Of a stretch of DNA of 64,000 nucleotides, positions 1 through 9,941 are shown one piece after another. Under the pieces are notes generated by a model. That model was not told the DNA's origin, did not search any database, and worked only from the letters and a program-made list of their open reading frames with translations. Position numbers and translations under genes: made by a program. Within the stretch, counting starts at the first letter, position 1, and each line of letters opens with the position of its first letter. The stretch is from an uncultured delta proteobacterium (GTDB lineage: Bacteria; Desulfobacterota; Desulfobacteria; Desulfobacterales; Desulfosalsimonadaceae): assembly GCA_963826785.1 (NCBI GenBank), contig CAWGYD010000001.1, forward strand, positions 544,001 to 608,000, in the 5' to 3' direction.

Positions 1-748
1 GCGCGGCATCTATTCCCCGCACCGTGTCAAAGATATATCCGGCCCGGCGGCCGAAGGGGATTTCCAGCTGGGGTAGGGTCAGGCCGGCCACCTGGCGCAC
101 CAGAGCCAGGTTGAGCTCCCGCAGCCGGGACAGGTCGGCAGGCTCGATGCCCGGGAGCAGGAAGACGGGGAGGGGGGCCAGAAAATCCGACTCCTCTCCG
201 GCGCCCACGATGTATTCGCCTATGGGCTTGACCAGCCGGGTGGCCACCTTGGAGACCAGTTTGTTGGGGGCCACCGACCAGATGGGGGCCAGCGCCAGCC
301 GATTCCTGATTTGCCGGTACATGCGCCAGGCCACGTCCACCGGCGGCCCGAACAGGCGGCTGGTGCCGGTCACATCGATGAAGAGATGCCCGTCGGCATC
401 CCCCGGCTCGATCAGCGGGGAAAAGGCGAGCACTTCACCGAGCACATCGGCCATGGCCTGTTCATAGCGGGCCGGGTGGGGCGGCAGCACGGCGGCATCT
501 TTGCAGCAGCGCAGGGCCCGCCGCAGGGGCATTGTTTTCCGCACCCCGGCCCGAAAGGCCTCTTCGCTCATGTCATACACCACCGCCCGGGCCGCTCCTT
601 CCGGGGCGATAATCACCGGCCGGTCCTTGAGGCGGCGATCCACCAGGCGCTCCACGGCCACGGCAAAATCGGCGATGTTGAGGTGGACGACGGTGCGGGG
701 GCGGTGCGGACGCATCCAAGCGGTGCGAGATTTTTCATTCAAAAACAT
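1..748 (-). CDS. Y-family (DinB/ImuB-like) polymerase homolog, apparently catalytically degenerate; 3' end runs off the window
   Basis: Not in the ORF track; manual translation from ATG 748 (or 715): MFLNEKSRTAWMRPHRPRTVVHLNIADFAVAVERLVDRRLKDRPVIIAPEGAARAVVYDMSEEAFRAGVRKTMPL...FSPLIEPGDADGHLFIDVTGTSRLFG...SVAPNKLVSKVATRLVKP...FLAPLPVFLLPGIE. This matches the IMS fold motifs, but HxDMD reads HLNIA and SxDE reads DADG. Confidence 0.85.
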   Translation of the reverse strand, partial: MFLNEKSRTAWMRPHRPRTVVHLNIADFAVAVERLVDRRLKDRPVIIAPEGAARAVVYDMSEEAFRAGVRKTMPLRRALRCCKDAAVLPPHPARYEQAMADVLGEVLAFSPLIEPGDADGHLFIDVTGTSRLFGPPVDVAWRMYRQIRNRLALAPIWSVAPNKLVSKVATRLVKPIGEYIVGAGEESDFLAPLPVFLLPGIEPADLSRLRELNLALVRQVAGLTLPQLEIPFGRRAGYIFDTVRGIDAA

Positions 749-760
749 AGTGCAAAGGTA

Positions 761-1064
761 TTGGGTGATGGAATTAATGGAGTGATGGAATAATGGAATA
801 TTGGGAGGACTGAATCGTTTGATCCATTACTCCACTATCTGTTTATCCAGTTGGCTCAAGTTGGGCTTAAACACAGCCAATTTAATCATGATACTTGGAT
901 TCTCGCCTTCGCGGGAATGACGTAATCTTTAGTTAATGGTCATACCCGCGAAGGCGGGTATCCAGTTAAGTTGATAATTAATTTAGATGCTTGCGCCATT
1001 ACTGTGTCGAAGTGGATAACCATTTTCCATCATTCCATCATTCCATTATTCCACTCTTCCATTC
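761..1064. repeat. Composite intergenic repeat: inverted ~8-nt TGGAATRA microsatellite arms enclosing a REP-like palindrome pair
   Basis: Left arm gatggaattaatggagtgatggaataatggaatattgg (~767-804), right arm ccatcattccatcattccattattccactcttccattc (~1027-1064). Inner pair TGGATTCTCGCCTTCGCGGGAATGAC (896-921) and GTCATACCCGCGAAGGCGGGTATCCAG (939-965). Confidence 0.8.
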
Positions 1065-1080
1065 GTGATGTTGCGATTTG

Positions 1081-1932
1081 TCATGCATTTTCGGCCAATT
1101 TTTCATCGCTTTCCCCTTCCTTCATCAACCCCGCACTTTTCAGCAGCCGGATCATCATCTGCGCGTTTCGCGGGGCCTGGGCCCGGACATGATTGTTGAA
1201 AAACACCATGCCGGTGTCGGCCTGGCGGGCCATTTGGCCGATTCGATCGACCCAGGAGTTGAGTTCGGCATCCGTGTAATCGTAATCAAACTGTTTCTGC
1301 ATGCTGCCGGAGCGCCATCCCGCGGCATTCCGGCCGTGAAACCGGATATAGAAAAAATCCGGGCAGGTCACCACCTCAAGCGGCGGAAACAGCCCCGGAA
1401 GAGCAGGTTCATCCACCGCCGCCAGGGCGATCCTTCGCCGGGAAAGCTCGTCAAACACCCGGTCTGACGCCCAGGCGGCATGCCGGAACTCCACGGCCAC
1501 CGGCAGCCCTTCCAGTTGATCCAGCAGGGCGGCCAGGTAGAGCCGGTTTTGCCGGGAGCGGTCAAACGAGGGCGGCAGCTGCACCAGCACGGCCGCCAAT
1601 TGCCCGGCCTGGAGGAGGGGGGCGATGCCGTCCCGGAAGGCGGCCGCCTGGCTGCGCCACTGGTCCGGCTCGATCTCGTGGGTCATGGTGCGGGTGAGTT
1701 TGGCGGCAAAGGAAAAACCGGGACCGGCCATCTGCCGCATCCGTTCGATGGAGGATGCCTTGGGCATCTGGTACCAGGTATAGTTTAACTCGGTGATGTC
1801 GAACAGGCCGGCATAGTGTGCCAGCATGCGGGCCGCGGGAGTGCCCGGCGGGTAAAAGCCGGCATCGATCCATTCGGTGTAGGAATACCCGCTGGTCCCC
1901 ACCCGCAGCCGGCATGTGGATGAAAGCGTCAT
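1081..1932 (-). CDS. DUF72 (YecE-like) domain protein
   Basis: Motifs VGTSGYSY.EW...FYP, ELNYTWY, VQLPPSF, AVEFRH, YIRFHGRN, VFFNNH. Start overlaps the lexA stop (ATGA). Confidence 0.9.
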   Translation of the reverse strand: MTLSSTCRLRVGTSGYSYTEWIDAGFYPPGTPAARMLAHYAGLFDITELNYTWYQMPKASSIERMRQMAGPGFSFAAKLTRTMTHEIEPDQWRSQAAAFRDGIAPLLQAGQLAAVLVQLPPSFDRSRQNRLYLAALLDQLEGLPVAVEFRHAAWASDRVFDELSRRRIALAAVDEPALPGLFPPLEVVTCPDFFYIRFHGRNAAGWRSGSMQKQFDYDYTDAELNSWVDRIGQMARQADTGMVFFNNHVRAQAPRNAQMMIRLLKSAGLMKEGESDEKLAENA

Positions 1933-2567
1933 CTGGAGAGCCTCTGCATCACATCCGGTCCGCGGTGGATGCCGATGACCTTTCCCTGCACCAGGATTTC
2001 GTCAAAGGCGTATGATCTGGCTTCAAAGGCGGGGTTTTCCGGCTGCAGCACGATGCTCCCGGCGCGCAGAAAAAATCGTTTGACGGTGGCCTCGTCATTG
2101 CCGATCAGCGCCACCACGATTTCCCGGTCACGGGCATACTGCCGGGGTTCGCATATGGCCAGGTCCCCGTCCAGGATGCCGGCATTGATCATGGAATCCC
2201 CCTGGACCCGAAGGGCAAACAGGTTTTCGCCCTTGTACAGGTCCGAATCGACCACGATGCTTCCTTCCCATTCCTGCTGGGCATACATGGGCAGGCCCGC
2301 GGTGACCCGGCCCACCACGGGCACGTTTCGCCACCGGTGGATGCCCGCCAGCTGGCCCGGAGCGTCGATCAGGTAGATCCTGCGCCGGTAGCGCCCTTCG
2401 CGTTTGATCAGGCCCGCTTTTTCCAGGATTTTCAATGTCTGGGCCACGGCGGTGTGGCTGATGTCAAGGTCCTGGGCCGTCTGGCGCAGGGACGGTGAGG
2501 CGCCGGTATGGGCAATCTGTTCCTTGAAATAATCCAGAAGCCGTTGTTGTTTGGATGTCAAAGACAT
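1929..2567 (-). CDS. lexA: LexA SOS repressor
   Basis: N-terminal wHTH (MSLTSKQQRLLDY), Ala-Gly cleavage site VGRVTAGLP, Ser motif VQGDSM, Lys motif EATVKRF. Likely start ATG 2567 after GAAGGAG. Confidence 0.93.
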   Translation of the reverse strand: MSLTSKQQRLLDYFKEQIAHTGASPSLRQTAQDLDISHTAVAQTLKILEKAGLIKREGRYRRRIYLIDAPGQLAGIHRWRNVPVVGRVTAGLPMYAQQEWEGSIVVDSDLYKGENLFALRVQGDSMINAGILDGDLAICEPRQYARDREIVVALIGNDEATVKRFFLRAGSIVLQPENPAFEARSYAFDEILVQGKVIGIHRGPDVMQRLSR

Positions 2568-2608
2568 GTGCAAGGGTCTCCTTCGTGCATGGTGATCAAT
2601 CCGGAAAA

Positions 2609-2666
2609 ACCATAATTGCAAAAAATGTAAATGTCAAAGTAAAGGTTTTGTAAAGCTTAATGTAAA
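2609..2666 (-). promoter_or_regulatory. sigma70 promoter of lexA overlapped by two TTTAC-N7-TTTAC direct repeats (candidate SOS boxes)
   Basis: Minus strand: TTGACA (2637-2632), 17 nt, TATGGT (2614-2609). GTAAA on the plus strand starts at 2627, 2639, 2650 and 2662. Confidence 0.6.
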
Positions 2667-2835
2667 GACCGTCAACAATAACACTTGACTTTAAATTCAA
2701 AGTCCTTATCATGTTTTGCATTCTTAAAGGCCGGTTTGAAAGACCGGTGCATTTCTTTCCCAAGGCACACCTGTTTACCTAGTGGCGCCCTAAAGATTGA
2801 AGAAAAAGAAAATCTTATGAAAGGAGAACGTCACG

Positions 2836-3039
2836 ATGGCAAACGGAACAGTGAAGTGGTTTAACGAAAAAAAGGGCTATGGTTTCATTGAGGCGGAAGA
2901 TGGAAAGGATGTATTCGTTCATCATTCCGGCATCAACGCTACGGGCTTTAAAACGCTGAACGAGGGCGATTCCGTAACCTTTACCGTTGAGCAGGGTCAA
3001 AAAGGCCCTTCTGCAGTAAACGTTACCGTATTAGGCTGA
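2836..3039 (+). CDS. csp: Cold-shock protein (CspA family)
   Basis: [15 protein letters not shown] (RNP1), DVFVHHS (RNP2); RBS AAGGAG. Confidence 0.95.
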   Translation: MANGTVKWFNEKKGYGFIEAEDGKDVFVHHSGINATGFKTLNEGDSVTFTVEQGQKGPSAVNVTVLG

Positions 3040-3049
3040 TCGGCTTACC

Positions 3050-3086
3050 AAAAGGCACCCTCGAATTTTCGGGGGATGCCTTTTTT
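3050..3086 (+). terminator. Intrinsic terminator after csp
   Basis: aaaaggcaccctcgaa-t-tttcgggggatgcc followed by tttttt. Confidence 0.8.
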
Positions 3087-3369
3087 CTTGATATTGCAAA
3101 CGTCCCGCTCAGCCCGAACCCTTGTCAAATTATGCATGCCTGCGCGAAATTTTATCCGCCGTGCAGGCAATGATAATGCCGTTACCGTTACCCGTGGGTA
3201 GCTGCATCTGTGCTGAAAGGGGGTTGTTCAGGTCATTTCGTTTTGCATTCAAACGGGCATGGAACCGGCGGCAAAAGCCTGTGAACTGCCCGTCATTCAA
3301 TGACCGGCTCCGGCCGCGTTCGAATGCAAAGGAATATGCCGCGGAGACATAAAAAAAAGAAAGGATTTA

Positions 3370-3660
3370 ATGATGAAGATATATGTGGGCAACCTGCCTT
3401 ACAATATCACGGATGAAAGCCTGGAGGCGATGTTCTCCGAATTTGGTACCGTTGAAAATATTAAACTGGTGATGGACCGATTCTCAGGACGGCCGAAGGG
3501 GTTCGGGTTTCTGGAAATGCCGGACAATTCAGAAGCCGATAAAGCCATGAAGGCATTGAACGGCAAGCAGATGGACGGACGCGCCATCAAGGTCAACCAG
3601 GCCAACCCCGAAGGCAAGAAGCAGAAAAAAACCCGCCGCCGGGGGGGAGGATTTAGATAG
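3370..3660 (+). CDS. RRM (RNP-1) RNA-binding protein
   Basis: KIYVGNLPY, RPKGFGFLEM, basic/Gly-rich tail. Confidence 0.93.
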   Translation: MMKIYVGNLPYNITDESLEAMFSEFGTVENIKLVMDRFSGRPKGFGFLEMPDNSEADKAMKALNGKQMDGRAIKVNQANPEGKKQKKTRRRGGGFR

Positions 3661-3834
3661 TCCAGTCGCACGCCGGGCGCCGATATCGCTGATAAAAGAG
3701 ATGGGGCCCGCCGGGCAATGACTTCGATTATTCAAGCTTGATGGGGCTTTTTGCCCCATAGAGACAGGAAATTCCAGGAGGAGAGGGTTTTGGTAAAACC
3801 GGCTTCCTGAAATTTCCTGTTTTTTTTGACTGGA

Positions 3835-5604
3835 TCAGTTTTTTATGGCGCTCACGGTTTCCTGGCCAGAGTAAAACCGGTCTTTGTCGGCAACAGATGG
3901 TTTTTCCACCAGGTAACGGCCTACGGCCATATATTTCAAACCGGATCTGGAAAATACGTCCATGGCATCCGCCGGGGAACAGACGATGGGATATCCGTGC
4001 AGGTTGAAAGAGGTGTTCAGCACGCCCCCGATGCCCGACATCTGGTGGAAAATCGAAATCAGCCGGTAGTAGGACGGATTCATGCGTTCCGAGACCACCT
4101 GCGGCCGGATGGTAAAATCATAGGGGTGGCAGGCGGCAATGATTTTTTGCACATTGCCGTTGGTATTGAAACTCAGAATCATGTATGGCGCGCTGATTTT
4201 TTTGGGATTCATGAAATATTCGGTTTGCCGGTCGGACAGGATGGAGGGCGCAAAGGGCATCCAGAAATCGCGGTTCTTGATGATGTCGTTGATGGTTCGG
4301 ATGCTGTCGCGGTCGGACGGGTTTGCCAGGATGGAGCGGTTCCCCAGCGCCCGGGCGCCGAATTCCATCCGGCCTTCAAATCGCGCCACCACTTCTCCCC
4401 GGTTCAGCAACCCGGCCACTTCCGTTTCGATATCGCTGCAGGATCGATAGGAAAACGAATGCTGCTTCAAGACGGATGCGATCTGGTCATCGCTGAATTC
4501 AGGCCCGTAGCAGAATGAATCCAGATGCTGCAGTTTAACGGGCGCTCCCTGCCTTGTTTTTTCCTGTGCATACTGTAAAAAAGCCGCACCCATCGCATTC
4601 GATTCATCCCCGCAGGATGGAAATACGAACAGGGAATCGACTTCGTCGAGTTCCATGATCCGCTTGTTGGCTTTTACGTTCATGAAGACGCCGCCGCCCA
4701 GTGCGACTTTGCGTATGCCGGTAGCCTGGATGCTGTTTTGCACCCACCGGACCAGAAAATCTTCGGTAAAATCCTGGACCGCCCCGCAGATCCAGTCAAA
4801 CCGTTGTGCTTCCGTCAGCTTTTGCAAAAAACGGTAGCTGTATTGCGCGTGGGGACACCCGCCGGCCCGATGCCAGGTCATCCCGCCGGTGGATGGATCA
4901 AATACCAGCAGCCTTTCAAATTTATGCTGCAGCTGCCGGTGCTTTTCACTCGAAGAATACGGCGCCATCCCCATGACTTTATATTCATGTTCTTCCGGGA
5001 TCATACCCAGAAGCGCGGTGATCATGGAATAGATATATCCGATGGATTCGCTCACGGAAACCGCATGCAAACGGCTGATTTTTCCATTTCTGCCGATGGA
5101 GACCGTGGCGCAGAGGTCGTCTCCGCCGGCATCGTTGGTCAAGATCAGCACCGGTTCGTCCCGCCACCAGGGCGAGCCAAAGTAAGCGGCGGCGGCATGG
5201 CAAAGGTGATGATCGTATGATACGATTTTTTCAGCCGAAAACCCGAGGCGCACCGCCTGCTGCAGCCGTTTTCTGTTGCGCGAGCGGGCGTAAAATGAAA
5301 ACACCGGCGTCTTCTTGAGCGCCCTTTTCAGATGGGTCTGTATTGCGGCCGAATCGATATATTCCCGTCTGATTTCATCCCGGTTCTTGTTTGCGGGCAT
5401 GTATCGGCTGGAAAATACGAGATGATCGATATCCTTTGGCGTAAGCCCGCTATGGCTGAAGATGGATTGAATGGCCTGCCGGGGAAAGGTGGAATGGTTT
5501 TTGATCCGGGACAGCCGCTCCTCCTGGATGGCAAATTCTATTTTTCCTTCCCGCAAAAGGCATGCGGACGCGCTGTGACCGTCGTGAATGCCGATAATGT
5601 CCAT
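3835..5604 (-). CDS. O-carbamoyltransferase (NodU/CmcH family)
   Basis: GIHDGHSASACL, QEERLSRIK, DHHLCHAAAA, EYKVMGMA, GGVFMNVKAN, EFGARALGNRSI, FWMPFAPS, LNTSFNLHG. Confidence 0.92.
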   Translation of the reverse strand: MDIIGIHDGHSASACLLREGKIEFAIQEERLSRIKNHSTFPRQAIQSIFSHSGLTPKDIDHLVFSSRYMPANKNRDEIRREYIDSAAIQTHLKRALKKTPVFSFYARSRNRKRLQQAVRLGFSAEKIVSYDHHLCHAAAAYFGSPWWRDEPVLILTNDAGGDDLCATVSIGRNGKISRLHAVSVSESIGYIYSMITALLGMIPEEHEYKVMGMAPYSSSEKHRQLQHKFERLLVFDPSTGGMTWHRAGGCPHAQYSYRFLQKLTEAQRFDWICGAVQDFTEDFLVRWVQNSIQATGIRKVALGGGVFMNVKANKRIMELDEVDSLFVFPSCGDESNAMGAAFLQYAQEKTRQGAPVKLQHLDSFCYGPEFSDDQIASVLKQHSFSYRSCSDIETEVAGLLNRGEVVARFEGRMEFGARALGNRSILANPSDRDSIRTINDIIKNRDFWMPFAPSILSDRQTEYFMNPKKISAPYMILSFNTNGNVQKIIAACHPYDFTIRPQVVSERMNPSYYRLISIFHQMSGIGGVLNTSFNLHGYPIVCSPADAMDVFSRSGLKYMAVGRYLVEKPSVADKDRFYSGQETVSAIKN

Positions 5605-5643
5605 TTCGACCTCCTGTCTGTTCGTGCCGATGCAATGCGCGCT

Positions 5644-6717
5644 TCATCCGATGTGCGGGTAAATCAATTCCCCCTGGATGCGCAGAAGCCTTTGCGGCAT
5701 GTATCTGTTGATGGATTCAAGGATCCTGCGCCGGGTCCCCTTTTGGGCATTCAAATGCTTCGGCGGCAGGTAATAATAAGAAAGAGGGATGCGTGCGGCG
5801 TTCCATCTCTCTTTGAACTCGATCAGTGAAAGATTGTCCAGTGAGGATCTACCGAAATCGAAAAAAAGAGCGCCTTCTTCCTGCGCAAGCTTGATCGACT
5901 CCCATATGAGCAGCTGATTGGGTGAAAGTTTCAAAAACAGCTGATCGGAAGCACTGTATTCGAAATAGAAGGTGTCTTTGAATTTCAGCAGGATGGCGGC
6001 AGCGACGACTCTGTTCCGATACTCGATCAGGGGAAGATAGATCAGGCCTTCTTTTTCCAGGTACCGCCACAGGTTCAGAAAAAAGGAAAGCGGCGCCGGC
6101 GGCAGTCCGTGTTTTTTCCGGGTGGCGATTTCAAGATGGTAGAAGTCCAAGATATCTTTTTCGCCATGGCCCAGTCGAAAGGTCAGCCCTTCCCGCCTGG
6201 CGCGCCGGATGCGCTGCTGTATGCTGGTGCTGTGAAAGGACTGGAACAGCTGATCTGAGGGAAGGCCGATATCGAGGATATGGGTCACAAAATCACTCAG
6301 CTGCGAACCGCTAATGTAATCAGGCGATCGGTCCTGCCTGGATTTCAATTCGAGATAATCGATGCGGGGGTACCGGCTCGAAATGAAGGAGAGGAAACAG
6401 GCAAGCTTTTCATTTTTGATCAGCGGATCACAATAGCCGGCAAACGGAAGCGAGCTGAGGCGGGTCCCGGTCAGCCGGCTTTTCACCATCATCATCGGAA
6501 GACCGCCCATGATTTCGCCGGTCGAGGCGTTTTCCATGGACACGTAAACCGGGGTATAGCCGTATGTGGCCCTTAAAATTTTCGCCCATGCCGAGTGATG
6601 ATAAACAGATGCGTTCGGCTGGGAGGAAATGAAATTTCCCCAGACGGCATCATCATCAACATCATCGAGGTTAAGAATTCTAAAACGGGTGCCGAGTTCG
6701 AGTTCGGCTTTCATCAT
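5644..6717 (-). CDS. GNAT-family, FemAB/CelD-like acyltransferase
   Basis: VYHHSAW, LSSLPFAGY, SPNQLLIWE, FDFGRS, FKERW; typical of polysaccharide-associated FemAB-like proteins. Confidence 0.8.
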   Translation of the reverse strand: MMKAELELGTRFRILNLDDVDDDAVWGNFISSQPNASVYHHSAWAKILRATYGYTPVYVSMENASTGEIMGGLPMMMVKSRLTGTRLSSLPFAGYCDPLIKNEKLACFLSFISSRYPRIDYLELKSRQDRSPDYISGSQLSDFVTHILDIGLPSDQLFQSFHSTSIQQRIRRARREGLTFRLGHGEKDILDFYHLEIATRKKHGLPPAPLSFFLNLWRYLEKEGLIYLPLIEYRNRVVAAAILLKFKDTFYFEYSASDQLFLKLSPNQLLIWESIKLAQEEGALFFDFGRSSLDNLSLIEFKERWNAARIPLSYYYLPPKHLNAQKGTRRRILESINRYMPQRLLRIQGELIYPHIG

Positions 6718-6820
6718 GGATCACCCAGCATAATTCATTGAAATTCCTAAATTCAGCCCCCGATGAGATTATAAAAGTCGGTATGATAGCGGCCCGCCGG
6801 ATCATGCTGCAGCCTAAGCT

Positions 6821-6956
6821 TTGATGAAGCCGTAAAAAGTCGGATTTTACGCTTTCGTCATTCCGGCGGAGGCCGGAATCTACTACAAACTAAGTTGGTT
6901 ATAGACTCCGGTTTTCACCGGAGTGACGAACTTTGGACTTTTTGCGGCTTCATCAA
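6821..6956. repeat. MITE/REP-like element with 21-bp terminal inverted repeats and an inner REP palindrome pair
   Basis: TTGATGAAGCCGTAAAAAGTC (6821-6841) / GACTTTTTGCGGCTTCATCAA (6936-6956). Inner ttcgtcattccggcggaggccggaatcta / tagactccggttttcaccggagtgacgaa. Confidence 0.8.
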
Positions 6957-7122
6957 GCTCCGGATCAGTTGTCGAATCGTATTACAGGGGTGATCTGGTG
7001 AAAATAGGGTTTAACCCTTATTTGCCGGAAGAATACCATGTAAACGGGATGACGCCGGCTACGGGAGGCGGATGGAGTGGATGCCCTTTTCGGGCTGGGG
7101 GATCTGCGGCCGGCCGCCTGCC

Positions 7123-8860
7123 TCAGGAAAGCTGCCGGCCGGTGAGTTCCTTGAAGATCAGCTCTGCGGTAAAGATGCCGCCGGCAATACCCGGGCTGTT
7201 TTTGGTGGCCGACACGTTGAACAGGTTGGCGGGGCAGTCCGGCTCCCGGATAGGGCCTTTGAGGATTTCATCCACGGTCAGCCGCCGTCCGTAGGCGTTT
7301 CCCATCTCTCCGCCGGTATCAATTTCAATGTCGATGGAAGAGACCACGTGGGCAAACGCCACCCGGCCGGCGATGCCGGGAAAAACGTTTTGATCCAGGA
7401 TGGCGATGATATCGGCGGCAAGCTTTTCTTTAAAGGCCGCCACCGCCTCCGGGCCGTCCTCATGGATGCGTTTTTCCTGGTGATAATTTCCCGGGCAGAA
7501 GATCACCAGGGCATCATCGGTGCATCCGGATGACCCGCCGAACCCGTTGGCGGTGGGCGAACCGATAAAGAGCATCTGCGGCGGGGCGGTGATGTCGGGG
7601 TATTGATAATTCACCTCCAGGCCGTCTTGCCACCAGTAATTGCGGCCTTTCATTTCCGAAATGGCGTCAAGTCCGCCCCGGATGCCGATGCAGCAGGTGG
7701 GAATGCTGTGGGAAGGCGTATAATCAAAATGCCCGGTGTCCCGGCCCAGAAGCGTGCAGGTCAGCCGGGGGGAGATATCGCTGAAGACCACGTCGCAGGC
7801 ATAATCGGACCCGTCTTGGCATACGGCCCGGACCACCAGGTCGTTCTCGACTTCCATCCGGACCACCCGTTTACCGGTCAGAACCGCGCCGCCCGCATTT
7901 TCGATGACCGATGCCAGTGATTTGAAAAAATGAGCAAACCCGTTTTTCGGGTACCAGGCCCCCTCATGATAGTTGCCGGTGCCCACGATGTAGGCGATGG
8001 CCGACATGGTCGATTCGTTTTCCGCAAAAATTCCGCCGTGTCCGTACAGGATGCGCCGAAGAAGGGGGCTGATCCGGTACTGATCGAAGAATTCCCTGAC
8101 CGACATGGAGATGATTTTCCCCAGCTTCACCTTCATGGCCAGATGCACTTTGCCGGTCAGCAGAAATTTGGTGGCCAGCAGAAACCGGCCTTCGGTGGCG
8201 GAATCTTTCCGGAAAAAGGATTTATAGGTGTCAAAAACCGCCATCATGTCATCGAATAACGCATCTATCCCTTCGGCTTCTTCCGGAAACAGGACGCTGA
8301 GTTCCCGGTGAAAGTTTTGTAAGGCCCAGCGGCACCTTGAAATCGATAAAGCAGTAATTGCAGGCCGCGTTTTGGTTTCCGATAAAAATCCGTTCAAACC
8401 CGTCAGGGGTCATGGGCGTAAACGGATCGGATGTCTTTAAATCCAGAAAATCCAGGAACCGGTCGCCCAGCCGGCCTTCCCCGAATTCCCAGACATACTG
8501 GGGCCCCATGGAGTAGCTCATCCCGCCGAAGGTCAGGCAGCGGCCATGGCCGCCGATGCAATCGGGGTTTGCTTCCAGTACGGTGACCGCATGCCCGGTT
8601 TTTGCAAAAAGCGCCCCCGAAGCCATTCCGCCGATCCCACTGCCGATGACCACGATTTTTTTCGGTTCGCCGCTGTTCCAGAAGGGCTGCTCCTTTGCCC
8701 GAAAAAACGGAATGGACAGCTGGTCTGCAATTTCCTTGAGCCGGTGCTCTGATTTCTGCTTTGAAAATTCGATAATGTCGGAAAGTTTCATAAAGAGGCT
8801 TTTATCTGGTAAAAGAAACGGTTTCGCGTAATCTGCAGCAGAATAATCCTGTTTAATCAA
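7123..8860 (-). CDS. Phytoene-desaturase-like FAD-dependent oxidoreductase, one frameshift near 8320
   Basis: IVVIGSGIGG Rossmann motif in ORF 8249..8860. It continues as LQNFHRELS...WYPKNG...GNAYG...SPGIAGG in ORF 7123..8397 after an extra base at VPLG|LQN. Confidence 0.75.
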
Positions 8861-9032
8861 AAATTCAAATCATTGTCTGCCGATCTTACCTTCCGGCCGG
8901 CAACTGTGAAGCGCGGATCAGGCAACGGATAATCATTGATTTATCCGTGATTGTTGCATATGCAAAAAAGAAACATTTCTTTCTGCATGCATTGGTCGAA
9001 AGTATTCTAAATTTTGATGATCGGAGTCCGTC

Positions 9033-9935
9033 ATGCTGCATTTTCTGCCCCCGCCCGTGCGCGGGGCCGTTGCCATATCATTGTATATCGTCAATACCAT
9101 CTGCTGTTTTACCCTGATGACCCCATTTATTTTTCTCAAAGTCATCATTCCTCATGCAGCCACCCGGAATCGGCTGACCATCGTGCTGATGAAACTGGGA
9201 ATGGGTTGGGTCAGCATCAACAGCCTGATCATGCGGCTGACCCAGAACATTAAATGGGATGTGAAGGGCATCGAGGGGTTCAGCACCCGGGAGTCCTATC
9301 TGGTGTTCAGCAACCATCAGTCCTGGGCCGACATCCTGGTCCTGCAGCACCTGTTCAAATACCGCATTCCGTTTCTGAAATTTTTCCTCAAAAGGGAGCT
9401 GATCAAGGTGCCCCTGCTGGGGGTGGCCTGGTGGGCGCTTGATTTTCCCTTCATGAAGCGCTACTCCCGCGACTTTCTGGAAAAGCACCCGGAACTCAAG
9501 GGCAAGGACATCGAAACGACCCGCAAATACTGCGAGAAATTCAAGACCTCGCCGATTTCGGTGATCAATTTTTTAGAGGGGACCCGGTTTGAGCCGGCCA
9601 AGCATGACAAACAGGGGTCGCCTTTTTCCCACTTGCTGCTGCCCAGGGCGGGCGGGGTGGCCATCGTGCTTTCCAGCATGGGCGCCTGCCTGTCCGGAAT
9701 CATCGATGTAACCATCGCATATCCGCAGAATCAGCCGCCGATTTCATTCTGGCATTTTCTGAAAGGCAAGGTGCCTGCCATCGTGGTCCGGGTGAAAACA
9801 TATCCCGTTCCCCCTGAATTTATCGGCCGGAGTTATGAAGAAGACGAACACTTCAAGACGGCCTTCCAGAAGTGGATCAATCAGGTCTGGGAGGAAAAAG
9901 ACCGGCAGATCGATCAACTGTTGAGGGCGGCATAA
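9033..9935 (+). CDS. PlsC-superfamily acyltransferase (YihG-like)
   Basis: NHQSWADI (HxxxxD), FLKRELIKVP, WWALDFPFMKR, FLEGTRF. Confidence 0.9.
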   Translation: MLHFLPPPVRGAVAISLYIVNTICCFTLMTPFIFLKVIIPHAATRNRLTIVLMKLGMGWVSINSLIMRLTQNIKWDVKGIEGFSTRESYLVFSNHQSWADILVLQHLFKYRIPFLKFFLKRELIKVPLLGVAWWALDFPFMKRYSRDFLEKHPELKGKDIETTRKYCEKFKTSPISVINFLEGTRFEPAKHDKQGSPFSHLLLPRAGGVAIVLSSMGACLSGIIDVTIAYPQNQPPISFWHFLKGKVPAIVVRVKTYPVPPEFIGRSYEEDEHFKTAFQKWINQVWEEKDRQIDQLLRAA

Positions 9936-9941
9936 GTTTTC

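Noticed and set aside
761..1064. Possible CRISPR array
   Set aside because: Units are ~8 nt with no unique spacers, and there are no cas genes.
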